From NCBI GenBank assembly GCA_022646745.1, contig CP060262.1, forward strand, positions 1,170,001-1,202,000: a stretch of 32,000 bases of DNA, given 5' to 3'. The position numbers and the translations under genes were made by a program. The notes below the pieces were generated by a model that saw only the letters and a program-made list of their open reading frames with translations, was not told the origin of the DNA and searched no databases. Origin of the DNA: Planctomycetales bacterium (GTDB lineage Bacteria; 4484-113; JAFGCY01). Within the stretch, counting starts at the first letter, position 1; every line of letters starts with the position of its first letter. This document shows positions 22,184 through 31,491 of this stretch, piece by piece.

Positions 22184-23506
22184 ATGCGCTTAACGCTGAT
22201 CCTCTGCATGCTGCTTGCAGCCATGCTTATGACAGCCTGCCCCGGTGATACCGTGCAGCAGGGACGTGGTGGGCCGGAGCAGGTGCAGTCGGAGCATGAA
22301 ACCAGCGTGCCTGCGGATGCACCGACCGAGAAAGCGGTTGACTTCCTCAAGTCCAGCCTGCGTGAGCCTTTGGTGGATGACCATGTTTCGCTGGAGGACA
22401 GCTGGAACATCATTTCCCGCCTGCCTGATGCAGCTCCATTCAAATCATTGGTTGACCAGCAGGTGGCCCAGGCCGGGGGCAATCCCGGGGTTCAGCTGGT
22501 CTCAGCCTGGCTGGCGACTGATCCCGAGGCAGCGAAGCAGTACATCCTCGCGGAAGCACAGGCAGACAATGCTGCAGCCCTGCAGCCGCTGATCCGCTTC
22601 CCGGAAATCGGCACGGACATCCTGCAGGAACTGGACCTGAGCGAGCATTCCGTTGATTTCCAGGATGCCTGCCTGCTGCTGGTCCGCAACTGGATCGAGC
22701 CCTCAGGGGACCTGGTCGGGACCTTCAAGCAGCTCGCCGCTAGCCCGGAGCCGAACATCAGCCTGCGTGCACTTGGATACCTGCTGCGCTTCGGCCAGGC
22801 CAGCGATGAACAGGCCGACACTCTGATGCAGGCCATCCGCTCCGAGGACAAGTTCTTTGCAGCTGCAGCGGAGGGAGCCAAGATCAGCCGCAGCGAAGCG
22901 CTGGCCACGGCATTCGTGCCGCGCCTGCAGGAAGTGCCGATGGGGAAGCTCGACCCGGAGCGCCAGTGGCAGTCGAAGGAGTTCTACAGTGCCTATGCGC
23001 TGGCATACATCCCGGGCCGCGATGCGACGGTGATCCGGCTCAACCTGTTGAATGCCACGATCAGCGACCTGCGCTGGCAGGCCCGCTTCGGTGAACTGAT
23101 GCAGGGCAGTCCTGCGTCCTTTGATCAGGCCGCGCTGGAGGAAGGAGTGCTTAACCCGGAACTGCTGGCCTGCCTGGTGCCACCCGAGGCAATGCATCCC
23201 GCATTGCTGGACTGGTACGAAAAGGCATTCCGGCAGGCGGATGAACCGCTGCGCTTCCAGCTTGTGACCCAGTTGAGCCGCTATAATGAGCACGCGTCCG
23301 AACCCAAGCTGCGGGAGCTGGTACTGGGCCTGTTGGATGATGAGTCCTCGCTGGTGCGTGGACAGGCCTGGCTGCTGGCAGCCCAATTCGCTTATTCCGG
23401 ACAGAGGCTGGATGCCGCCGCACTGCTTGAGTCAGGGACTGAGCAGGGTCCCGTCAAGGCGGCCGCCGCCTGCTACCTGCTCAGTGCCAGTGGTACCGGG
23501 CGGTAA
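22184..23506 (+). CDS. HEAT/ARM-like repeat lipoprotein, hypothetical
   Basis: MRLTLILCMLLAAMLMTAC looks like a lipoprotein signal with a lipobox Cys. The rest is helical-repeat-like (…LLDDESSLVRGQAWLLAAQF…). An alternative start is GTG 22151, preceded by AGGAG. Confidence 0.75.
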   Translation: MRLTLILCMLLAAMLMTACPGDTVQQGRGGPEQVQSEHETSVPADAPTEKAVDFLKSSLREPLVDDHVSLEDSWNIISRLPDAAPFKSLVDQQVAQAGGNPGVQLVSAWLATDPEAAKQYILAEAQADNAAALQPLIRFPEIGTDILQELDLSEHSVDFQDACLLLVRNWIEPSGDLVGTFKQLAASPEPNISLRALGYLLRFGQASDEQADTLMQAIRSEDKFFAAAAEGAKISRSEALATAFVPRLQEVPMGKLDPERQWQSKEFYSAYALAYIPGRDATVIRLNLLNATISDLRWQARFGELMQGSPASFDQAALEEGVLNPELLACLVPPEAMHPALLDWYEKAFRQADEPLRFQLVTQLSRYNEHASEPKLRELVLGLLDDESSLVRGQAWLLAAQFAYSGQRLDAAALLESGTEQGPVKAAAACYLLSASGTGR

Positions 23507-23517
23507 CCGGAGCTGAA

Positions 23518-24804
23518 TTGACAATTGCTATCTTCATCGTGGTCCTGACACTCGTCGCCGGTCTGGTGGCGGCTGCTGGCGACCGCATGGGCCAGCTCGC
23601 CGCCAAGCGCAAGATCCGCATCGGCAAGCTCAGGCCACGCGATGCCTCCCGCCTGGTGGCGGTGCTGACCGGCATGGCTATCTCGATCGTGACCTTCGGC
23701 GTGGTGTTCGCCGTCTGGAGCGACTTCCGCGAGGCGCTCACTCGCTATTCCGAGACCAAGAGCAACCTGGCCTCCGTTCTGGCGGAGCGCGACAGCATGC
23801 TCACTGAGATCAAGGAGGCCCAGAGCGGGCGGGACGATGCGATCAAGGCACAGCAGGATGCCGAGCAGGCCCTGCGTGATGCGGAGGAGCTGACGACTGC
23901 TGCGCAGAACAAGCTGATCGCGCTCGAGGACCAGCTCAGCGTGGCCGACCTGCAGATCAAGGACAAGGAACGGGAGATCGGGGAGAAGCAGAAGCAGGTT
24001 GACAAGATCCAGAAGGAATTGCAGGCCGCCCGCCAGGAGATGGAAAACGTCGCACTCATCAAGGAGGGTGACCAGATCCAGCTGGATGCCCTGCGCAAGC
24101 TCAAGAACCAGGCCATTGCGGACATCTCGAGGCTGAATGCGGAAATCGAGGAACTGAAGCGAAAGGAAGCCCTGATTCCTCCTGCGGAACTGCTGGCCTA
24201 CTGGCAGCTCAATCCGGGCGGTGCTTCGGTGTTCGACCAGATGGGCGATAAGCTGCGGGGGCTGCAGGCGGAGCTTGCCAAGGAAGAGTTCCAGCTTGAT
24301 GAAGGTGTGCTGGAGGCAATGCGTGAATTCTCGACAGGCTTCAGCATCGGGGAACAGGGTGCGGTTGTCGTGGTGCGCAATGCCGTTGGAGTCTATGAGG
24401 AAGGTGACAAGGTTCAACTTGACTTCAGCGGCCTGCAACTGATCCCGATACTTAGCAGTGGCAGCGACCTGCTGACCATAGCCGTGACGGAAGGCGGTAG
24501 CAAGGTGTATGCGATGGGCGGCAGCCAGCCCGCACTCAATCTCGGCAGTACCATTGACCTCAACTTCATCCAGCGACTGGAAGTGCTGTACCGCGATACT
24601 GCCAATTCCTCCGGGTTCCTGCCACGCATTTCAGGCGGGATTGATACTTCGGTGATGAATGAGCTGATGTTCCGGGCGGAAGAGATCAATGCTCGCCAGA
24701 AGCCCTACGTGATCCACCTGCGTGCGCCGCGTGTGATGAATGCGCTCGATGGCCCACGCGGCCTGGCGGACCTGGAGATCGTGATCACGGACGGAAACCT
24801 GTGA
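23518..24804 (+). CDS. DUF3084-family membrane-anchored coiled-coil protein
   Basis: TTG start with GGAG 6 nt upstream. The N-terminus LVAGLVAAAGDRMGQLAAKRKIRIGKLRPRDASRLVAVLTGMAISIVTFGV matches the DUF3084 signature (GD+lG.k.gKkR....LRPr.ta.lv.vltG). A long coiled coil follows. Confidence 0.82.
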   Translation: MTIAIFIVVLTLVAGLVAAAGDRMGQLAAKRKIRIGKLRPRDASRLVAVLTGMAISIVTFGVVFAVWSDFREALTRYSETKSNLASVLAERDSMLTEIKEAQSGRDDAIKAQQDAEQALRDAEELTTAAQNKLIALEDQLSVADLQIKDKEREIGEKQKQVDKIQKELQAARQEMENVALIKEGDQIQLDALRKLKNQAIADISRLNAEIEELKRKEALIPPAELLAYWQLNPGGASVFDQMGDKLRGLQAELAKEEFQLDEGVLEAMREFSTGFSIGEQGAVVVVRNAVGVYEEGDKVQLDFSGLQLIPILSSGSDLLTIAVTEGGSKVYAMGGSQPALNLGSTIDLNFIQRLEVLYRDTANSSGFLPRISGGIDTSVMNELMFRAEEINARQKPYVIHLRAPRVMNALDGPRGLADLEIVITDGNL

Positions 24805-25721
24805 TCCTGGTTCGGCTGACAATCCTCGTAGCATTGATGTTCCTGCCACTGCTGCCTGCCACCGCCGATGACCCCGTCAGTGAGGATCCGGCCCCGGCGC
24901 AGCAGGAGCCTGCTGCTGAGGAAACGGCGGATAAGGCGCCGAAGCTTCCCCCGGAACTGCCGCTGGCAACGATCCCGTTGCGTGAGAACCTGCGCTTCAC
25001 CTTGCGCCCGACCATCCTCGGGCTGATCCCGCCGGACAGCGCGGAGGACTATGGCGAGGGCCTGGTGCGCGTCAGTGAGCGCAGTGGCAACCGGATCACG
25101 CTGCACTACGAGATCAAGGAGGAGATCGAGAAGCAGCGCGGTGGCGATGAGATGTACGAACTGCAGGAAGCCCCGATTGAGACCCGCACGGAATACCTCA
25201 CGCGCTTCCGGCGCGGGGATGCCGTGGTTGACAACTACCAGAGTGGCCGGCGCATCGCCTGTCCGCTGTTCTGGCAGGATGGCGACTTCCGCGCCAGCGA
25301 CTACGGACTGATGTGGATCCCGGCGGGCCTGCTGGAAACACTGAAGGATGAGGGCAGCTGCGACTGGCAGATGGATTTCACCACCGGTGCGAAGTCTGAC
25401 ATGGCCAGCGAGCTGGAGCAGCTGGTGGAGGCGCGGCGCAAGGGCAACGGAATTGCCGATGGCACGGCGGCCCGGCTGGAACTGATCCGGGAAGAGGGCC
25501 GCTACATCGTGCCTGTCAACGGGGCGATGAGCCAGCTCGCGGCGGTGCATGCACGGGACAGCTGGGGCGTGGCGGAGTACTGGTTCCTTGACGATCCTGA
25601 CAACCCGCTGCTGCTGAAGATGAGCTTCATTGCCAGCCCGGATGCCAGTCCGGCGGAAGAGGGGATCATCCGCCAGCTGCAGGCCGGCATCGGTTTTGCG
25701 ATCACCAGCTTGAACTACTGA
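24801..25721 (+). CDS. Secreted hypothetical protein, translationally coupled to the DUF3084 gene
   Basis: GTG 24801 overlaps the TGA of the upstream gene (GTGA). A signal peptide (MILVRLTILVALMFLPLLPATA) is followed by a P/E/A-rich linker and then a globular part. Confidence 0.72.
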   Translation: MILVRLTILVALMFLPLLPATADDPVSEDPAPAQQEPAAEETADKAPKLPPELPLATIPLRENLRFTLRPTILGLIPPDSAEDYGEGLVRVSERSGNRITLHYEIKEEIEKQRGGDEMYELQEAPIETRTEYLTRFRRGDAVVDNYQSGRRIACPLFWQDGDFRASDYGLMWIPAGLLETLKDEGSCDWQMDFTTGAKSDMASELEQLVEARRKGNGIADGTAARLELIREEGRYIVPVNGAMSQLAAVHARDSWGVAEYWFLDDPDNPLLLKMSFIASPDASPAEEGIIRQLQAGIGFAITSLNY

Positions 25722-25725
25722 AGCA

Positions 25726-26916
25726 TCAGACCAGGGGCGTGCGCCGGTCGCGCACGGCGAGCAGGGTGTAGCGCCAGAGGAATCCCAGTACCACAAGCTG
25801 GATGCAAAGCAGCACCGGCAAGCGCCAGACCTCGAAGGCCAGCGCATTCCAGGCTTCCAGTACGGGCATGCCGCGCAACATGGTGCTCGGGGCGGCGAAG
25901 GGGCTGAAGGGCAGGAAGGCGTTGTAGACCCACATCATGTTGCCAAAGAAGGCAATGAAGGGTTCCTCGTCAGGCGAGATCCCGCTGATGTTGCCAAGGA
26001 AGAAACTCGTCATAACCGTGATCGGCAGGAACAGCGGGGCAGCCAGCAACAGCCAGGTGTGGCGCTGGCTGCCACGAAATGCCAGCACCAGCGAACCGAT
26101 GAACAGCGCCATTCCGGCCAGCAGGCCGACGGGCACCAGCGGCCAGAGATCGGAGTCGAGCTTCTCAGTTTCGGATATGGCACCGAAGAAGGCTGAACCG
26201 AAGGAGAACACGAAGATCTGCAGGCCGACGAATGCCACCGCCGGGAAGGTCACCAGCCACTGGTGCTTCTGAAGCAGGCCGAAGCAGAACAGGTATAGCC
26301 CGAGGCAGACGCTGCCCAGCATGCCATGCACGAACAGCGCGACGAGGGTGACCGGGGCAAACATCAGGGCCTGCAGCGTAGCATCTCTCGACATGTCGAA
26401 GGCCGGCATCATGAAGGCCAGGCAGAACACGGCGGAAGCCAGCAGCACGCGCGGCCAGATCGGCAGCACATTGATGCGCAACCCGGCCAGCACCACGTCG
26501 CGGTCCTCCATCGGGGAGATGCAGGTCATGCTGTCGAGCATGATCGCGCCGCCGGAATCCTTGGCATAGGACAGCCAGCCGATGCTGTCGCGCACCAGCC
26601 TGAACAGCCCGCCGAGCAGCCACAGCGCTGCTCCCGGTGTGAGCACAACCCAGACGAACATCATCAGCACTTCACGCCAGTCGTCGGAGCGCGGGTTGAA
26701 GTTTTCCGTCCTAACCACAAGCGTGCTGAAGGCTGACAGGGCCAGCATCACCAGTGCCACGAGCAGGATCCAGGCATTGCGGCGCCAGCCCGGCACCAGC
26801 AGGCCGTTCCTCTGTTCACGGCGCCGCGCCAGCCAGACGAGCGAATTCTCCTGGTCGCTGACGGGGTTCAGCAGGCTGGCCAGTCCATGGGTATGCGGCG
26901 TTTCGCTTGTGCTCAC
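25726..26916 (-). CDS. Polytopic membrane protein, ABC-2/NosY-like permease architecture; paralog of 18117..19316
   Basis: 396-aa ORF whose helix pattern and conserved loop motif align with the 18117 gene. It is convergent with the 24801..25721 gene, with only 4 nt between the stop codons. Confidence 0.8.
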   Translation of the reverse strand: MSTSETPHTHGLASLLNPVSDQENSLVWLARRREQRNGLLVPGWRRNAWILLVALVMLALSAFSTLVVRTENFNPRSDDWREVLMMFVWVVLTPGAALWLLGGLFRLVRDSIGWLSYAKDSGGAIMLDSMTCISPMEDRDVVLAGLRINVLPIWPRVLLASAVFCLAFMMPAFDMSRDATLQALMFAPVTLVALFVHGMLGSVCLGLYLFCFGLLQKHQWLVTFPAVAFVGLQIFVFSFGSAFFGAISETEKLDSDLWPLVPVGLLAGMALFIGSLVLAFRGSQRHTWLLLAAPLFLPITVMTSFFLGNISGISPDEEPFIAFFGNMMWVYNAFLPFSPFAAPSTMLRGMPVLEAWNALAFEVWRLPVLLCIQLVVLGFLWRYTLLAVRDRRTPLV

Positions 26917-27206
26917 GGGGCGATTCTACTTCCTGTCTTGATAGAAGCTGGACGCAGAAGCCCGCGGGGATGTGTTCAGATGGCCAGAAATGAAAAGGGC
27001 CCGGTTCATCGGAGCCAGCTTCTCTCCTGCAAACCGGGCTTTTGGACGGGCATGCCGCCCTGCAGGTCGGGTTAGATACCTGTAATTAATAAGATACCAA
27101 AACAGCACGGATGTTACAAAACGGCTGCCGGGGCTATGCTTAAGCGGGGCATTCAACATTGGGTAACTGCGGTCCGTCAGAGAGCTGTTGTAACAGGAGA
27201 GGAAGT

Positions 27207-28331
27207 ATGAAGCGTTTCCAGCTTGCGATTTACTTACTGCTTGTGCTGGCCATCCTTGCACTGGGCAGTTCCTGTAATGGTAACAGTGGCGCGAATAACA
27301 TCCAGACCAACAGTAGCTACGACAACCAGTATCGCGACCAGGTCCGCGCCTCCGGTGCGGCAGGGGGAGAATCAGCGCCAGCGATGGACATGGCCTATGA
27401 GGAAATGGGGACAGTCAGTGCGGAGAAGCAGGCCATGCTCGCCGATGAAGGCTGGAACAGTCCTTACAAGCCGGATGGTGCATCCAATGGCGGAGAGGTG
27501 GACATTCCCTCCGGTGGGGTGCTGGAGAGCATTGACGACTGGCTGAACCCAAAGGCCTGGGCGCAGGAATCATCGCCGGATGAAAGCTACATCGTGCGCA
27601 CCGGCAATATCGAAATGGAGATCGAGGACTACGACAAGTCATCCGCCGAAGTGCAGACCGTGGCACAGCGGCATGGCGGCATCATCACCGACAGCCAGAT
27701 GCAGAAGTACGGTGATGACATGCGGGTCGGCTGGATCACGATGCGGGTGCCGACGGACAAGTTCCAGCAGTGCTTCGATGACCTGAAGGCGCTTGGGGAC
27801 GTGAAGGTGCAAAGCGTCTCCAGCGAGGATGTGACCAACGAGTTCGTCGCCGGAGTGAGCCGGCTGCAGGCGCTGAAGACTGAGCATGAAACCCTGCAGG
27901 GGATGCTGGAGGATGCGCGGGAGGTGCAACGCACCCGCGGACTGGGTGAGGCCTACAGCGTGCTGCTTGAAACCCAGCGTCGCCTCAGCGAGGTTACCAC
28001 CGAAATGCAGACCGTGGAGAACCGGGTCAGCGCACTGTCCGACCGCATCAACCGCTCCACTATCACCGTCAACCTGAGCGAACGGCCGATTGCCCCGCCG
28101 GCGGATGAATTCGCATGGGGATTCGGCGCGGCGTTCGAGAATGCCAAGAAGGAGCTGATGTATGGCATCCGCAACGTGGCCAATGATTTCATCAACTTCT
28201 TCGTGGCCCGCCTGATCTGGTGGCTCATCTGGATCGGCATCATCTGGCTGGCCTGGAAGCTGGTCGGCACCCGGATCCTGCGCAGGTATCGCAGGGAGCA
28301 GGCTGCAAGCCCAGCGAAGGGCTCAAACTAG
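27207..28331 (+). CDS. DUF4349-family lipoprotein with coiled coil and C-terminal transmembrane helices
   Basis: AGGAGAGG lies upstream of ATG 27207. MKRFQLAIYLLLVLAILALGSSC is a lipobox signal. YIVRTGNIEMEIEDYDKS...GGIITDS...ITMRVPTDKF...LGDVKVQSVSSEDVTNEF...STITVNLSE matches the DUF4349 pattern. The C-terminal helix is LIWWLIWIGIIWLAWKLV. Confidence 0.85.
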   Translation: MKRFQLAIYLLLVLAILALGSSCNGNSGANNIQTNSSYDNQYRDQVRASGAAGGESAPAMDMAYEEMGTVSAEKQAMLADEGWNSPYKPDGASNGGEVDIPSGGVLESIDDWLNPKAWAQESSPDESYIVRTGNIEMEIEDYDKSSAEVQTVAQRHGGIITDSQMQKYGDDMRVGWITMRVPTDKFQQCFDDLKALGDVKVQSVSSEDVTNEFVAGVSRLQALKTEHETLQGMLEDAREVQRTRGLGEAYSVLLETQRRLSEVTTEMQTVENRVSALSDRINRSTITVNLSERPIAPPADEFAWGFGAAFENAKKELMYGIRNVANDFINFFVARLIWWLIWIGIIWLAWKLVGTRILRRYRREQAASPAKGSN

Positions 28332-28364
28332 GGCCTCCCGACTCCCGCAGGCAGGAGCAGGCCG

Positions 28365-28378
28365 TGCTAGAATCTAGC
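28365..28378 (+). promoter_or_regulatory. Extended -10-like element TGcTAGAAT embedded in the 13-nt palindrome GCTAGAATCTAGC
   Basis: TG (28365-28366), one nt, then TAGAAT (28368-28373). The palindrome spans 28366-28378. It lies about 90 nt upstream of ATG 28465. No convincing -35 is present. Confidence 0.3.
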
Positions 28379-28464
28379 GCGGGCGCAGCCTGAGGGGCAT
28401 TCTGGCAGTCCGCGGCATCCGGCCGGAAGCACATCCGGCGAGACAGCGAAAGGTGGAAACAGGC

Positions 28465-28845
28465 ATGAGCCGCCCGAAGTACAGGAGCGAGGAGAAGCCG
28501 CTTTCGAGCGCGGCCGCATCCGTGTTCAGCCCCTTCATGCGGCAGTTCCGCAAGTTCACCGCGATGAAGCACTTCCTCGCCCTGCTGCCGCAGGAGCTGG
28601 ATGGGCTGGCGGCTCCCTACGATGTACGCCTGGCCCGCAATGAAGGCGGGGCGGACCTCAACACATTGTTCGTCTATGCAGCGTCACCGACTGTGGCAAC
28701 CGTGCTCAGGCAGCGCAGCCGCCGGTTGGTGGCCGACGTGAATGCGAAGCTGCCGGTTGAGCTGCTGGAGGAACTGCACATTGAGGTGGTGAATCCGGCG
28801 AGAGTTGAGCAGCAATTGAATATTCTGGCGGTCAGCCCCGACTAG
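28465..28845 (+). CDS. Hypothetical protein, possibly DUF721/DciA-like
   Basis: AAGGTGGA lies about 7 nt upstream of ATG 28465. The 126-aa product has LFVYAASPTVATVLRQRSRRLVADVNAKLPVELLEELHIEV, which resembles the DUF721 core (L.V.v.s...a.eL......i...lN..lg...v..i.f.v). The family call is tentative. Confidence 0.55.
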   Translation: MSRPKYRSEEKPLSSAAASVFSPFMRQFRKFTAMKHFLALLPQELDGLAAPYDVRLARNEGGADLNTLFVYAASPTVATVLRQRSRRLVADVNAKLPVELLEELHIEVVNPARVEQQLNILAVSPD

Positions 28846-28877
28846 AAGGTGTATTGGAAATAACTGCGCGGCGGAAA

Positions 28878-31487
28878 ATGAGTTTAACGGGATACAGACT
28901 GCTGGCGGCACTGTGCGCGCTGCTGTGTGCGCTTGCGCCGGGGCACTCCCGTGCCGCGACGGAATGGCAGAGCCTGCTGTCCGAGGACTTCAGCCAGGGC
29001 GAGGTCAGCTTCTACACCGGGCAGGCCTCCGAGGCCTACTACGGGATTGACGACCAGAACCGCTACGTGATCGACGGGCTCAACACTGAGATCGACTCAC
29101 TGAGCGCACTGACCAAGAACCTCTATTACTACTACGTCGAAAGCGAGTGCGAGCTGATTGACACCCGCATCGGCGAGATGGCCTTCTGCGGGTTGGTGTT
29201 CCACTACAACAAGAAGATCCCCGGCAAGCTGGCCTACTACGTCTTCTACATCTACGCTGACGGCTACTACGGGGCCAAGCGGGTGATCGGTGACAACGCG
29301 GAGGTGATCCTGCCGCTGACCCGCAGCGAGTACATCGATGTCGGCCGGCCGAACATTCTCGCCGTGGATGCGCGCGGCACACGCTTCGATCTGTACATCA
29401 ACGGCCGTTATGTGGACGGCTTCACGGATGTGCGGATCGACGGCGGTGGCTTCGGCTTCTACGTCAGCCAGCAGTCCCGCGCGGCATTTGACAACTTCGA
29501 GGTGAAGGTTGAGCGCCGCGGCGGTGGCCCGGCAGAGGTGGAGAGCCCGGAACTGCTGGAGGGCAGCAGTGACGACGCTGGGCGCAGCCAGGTCTCACGC
29601 GGTGAGAACTTCGGCGGCTACAGCTTCCCGAACATCCCGAAGGATCCCAACCGGCCGGTCTACCCCTGGGAGGTCGGCGTCGACAAGAGCGAGACCGCAC
29701 GCAAGGAACGTGCAGAGGAATCCCGCGAACGCGAACTGGCTGACCTGGCCCAGAAGCGCCTGGAGCAGGACCTCGATCCGCAGCCGGACCAGAAGCAGGA
29801 TGAGAAACAGAATGAGGAAGAGAAGCAAGTAGAAAAGGAGCAGCCGGCGAAGGTTGACGACACGCCGGTGCGTGAGGAAGAGCCGCTGAAGCTCGACCCG
29901 CCGGTGAAGGAAAGCGAGCCGGTACGTGAGAAGGCGGATACTCCTTCCGGCGTGGCTCCCGGTGGCAAGCAGGCGGGCGAGGGCGAACTGCAGACCCACA
30001 GTTTCGGTGACCCCAAGCCGGGTGACCCGCCGCCGGTGCAGGAAACACAGGAACCGGTGAAAGAGGATCCCCCTGTGGAGGAAAGCAAGCCCGTCGTGGA
30101 GCAGGCAGCCCCCGCTAAGGATGAGCCCGCGCAGGATGCCGAAGGCGTCGGCGGTGCGCAGATCCCGCCCCTGCCGGCAGCGGATGGGAAGCAGCCGGAT
30201 GCCGCGGAGGAAGCCGGCAAGGAAGACAGCCAGGCTGCGCCGGCCAAGGATGAGTCATATACGAATGTGACGCTGCCCGGCAAGCAGGAGCCGCCAGCAA
30301 AGCAGGACGGGAATCAGAAGCAGGAAGAGAAGGATCAGCCCAAGGAAGAGCAGGAGCGCAGCGCCGAGGAGATCATGCGCGAGGTGCGCAAGGGTGATGA
30401 CGACTGGTCCACCAGCGCACCGCCCTACCGTGCCCCAGACCCGCCGAAGGATGGAGAGAAGGCTGATGAGGGCAAGGGCAGCAAGGAACAGGACTCCCAG
30501 CCCAAGCAGGAAGAGAAGAAGGATGGGGAGTCCGGCAACGGCGAGCTGAAGGGTATCGAACTGCCGCCGCTTGACATGGCGCGGGCCCCAGGCAAGGAAG
30601 CCTCGAAGCAGGATGAGAAGCAGAAAGAGAATGAGAAACAGGAAGAGAAGCAGGTAGAGGAACAAGCCCCTGCAGAGGAAGTGAAGCAGGAGGAACCCGC
30701 GCGCAGTGAGCCGGCGCGCGAAGTCCCGCAGGATAGTGCCCCTGCCAAGGACGATGGTGGTGGCCTGTCACTGTTCCCGGATGGTGGCAAGGGTGGCGAC
30801 AGGCCGATCGCTGACAATCCGCCGCGGGCCGAGGACGTGCTCAACCAGCCGCAGGGCAACCCCGGCGAGCTGAAGCTGAACAACACCCAGTCTGCCAACC
30901 AGGCCAGCAAGGAATACGATCCCTTCGAGGGCAACCCGGACGTGGAGTCGGTCTATGACGACTTCACCGAGCAGCGCTGGCCGGTGGCGGATGGTGACAC
31001 CTCCAGCTACCGCTACTTCGGCGCGGCTTACGAGATTGACAACACCAAGAGCGACACGATGGCGATCAGCTACCAGCAGGGCGCCTTCAGCGATGCGCGC
31101 TACGGCGTGGACGTGGAGTACCTCGGCGGGCTGGACTACGTCGGCTACGGGCTGGCGACGCGCTTCTCGGTGAAGAATGGCAACGTGTCCTATTACGGCC
31201 TGTTCGTCAGCCAGAGCGGCGAGTTCCTGCTGCTCAAGGTGCTGGACGGCAAGGAGACCGTGCTGCGCGACTGGAGCAGCGCCCCGAACCTGAGCCGCAC
31301 GCTCTCCAACCGGATCGGGATGGAACTGATCGGCAACAGCATCCAGTGCATTGTCAACGGCGAGGTGGTGGCGACCGTCACGGACGACAGCCTGCGCAGC
31401 GGCGGCTATGCCCTGCTGTGCGGCCCCGGCACCTCGACCCGCTTTGACAACCTGACGATCAAGGGCCTCGTGACGGACGGCGACTGA
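28878..31487 (+). CDS. Large secreted protein: two concanavalin/LamG/DUF1080-like jelly-roll domains separated by a ~475-aa acidic E/K/Q/P-rich low-complexity region
   Basis: It has a signal peptide (MSLTGYRLLAALCALLCALAPGHSRA). The N-domain ends ...GGFGFYVSQQSRAAFDNFEVKV and the C-domain ends ...GGYALLCGPGTSTRFDNLTIKG, with parallel internal motifs. The middle (nt ~29510-30940) is compositionally biased. An alternative start is TTG 28854. Confidence 0.85.
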   Translation: MSLTGYRLLAALCALLCALAPGHSRAATEWQSLLSEDFSQGEVSFYTGQASEAYYGIDDQNRYVIDGLNTEIDSLSALTKNLYYYYVESECELIDTRIGEMAFCGLVFHYNKKIPGKLAYYVFYIYADGYYGAKRVIGDNAEVILPLTRSEYIDVGRPNILAVDARGTRFDLYINGRYVDGFTDVRIDGGGFGFYVSQQSRAAFDNFEVKVERRGGGPAEVESPELLEGSSDDAGRSQVSRGENFGGYSFPNIPKDPNRPVYPWEVGVDKSETARKERAEESRERELADLAQKRLEQDLDPQPDQKQDEKQNEEEKQVEKEQPAKVDDTPVREEEPLKLDPPVKESEPVREKADTPSGVAPGGKQAGEGELQTHSFGDPKPGDPPPVQETQEPVKEDPPVEESKPVVEQAAPAKDEPAQDAEGVGGAQIPPLPAADGKQPDAAEEAGKEDSQAAPAKDESYTNVTLPGKQEPPAKQDGNQKQEEKDQPKEEQERSAEEIMREVRKGDDDWSTSAPPYRAPDPPKDGEKADEGKGSKEQDSQPKQEEKKDGESGNGELKGIELPPLDMARAPGKEASKQDEKQKENEKQEEKQVEEQAPAEEVKQEEPARSEPAREVPQDSAPAKDDGGGLSLFPDGGKGGDRPIADNPPRAEDVLNQPQGNPGELKLNNTQSANQASKEYDPFEGNPDVESVYDDFTEQRWPVADGDTSSYRYFGAAYEIDNTKSDTMAISYQQGAFSDARYGVDVEYLGGLDYVGYGLATRFSVKNGNVSYYGLFVSQSGEFLLLKVLDGKETVLRDWSSAPNLSRTLSNRIGMELIGNSIQCIVNGEVVATVTDDSLRSGGYALLCGPGTSTRFDNLTIKGLVTDGD

Positions 31488-31491
31488 GCTG

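Noticed and set aside
23473-24438. 321-aa ORF on the - strand
   Set aside because: It is antisense to the DUF3084 coiled-coil gene. Its Leu-rich translation is the mirror image of the E/K/Q codons. The + strand frame carries the family signature.
24705-25847. 380-aa ORF on the - strand
   Set aside because: It is antisense to the signal-peptide protein gene (24801..25721) and to the end of the DUF3084 gene. It has an Arg/Ala/Pro-rich composition, no motif and no plausible RBS.
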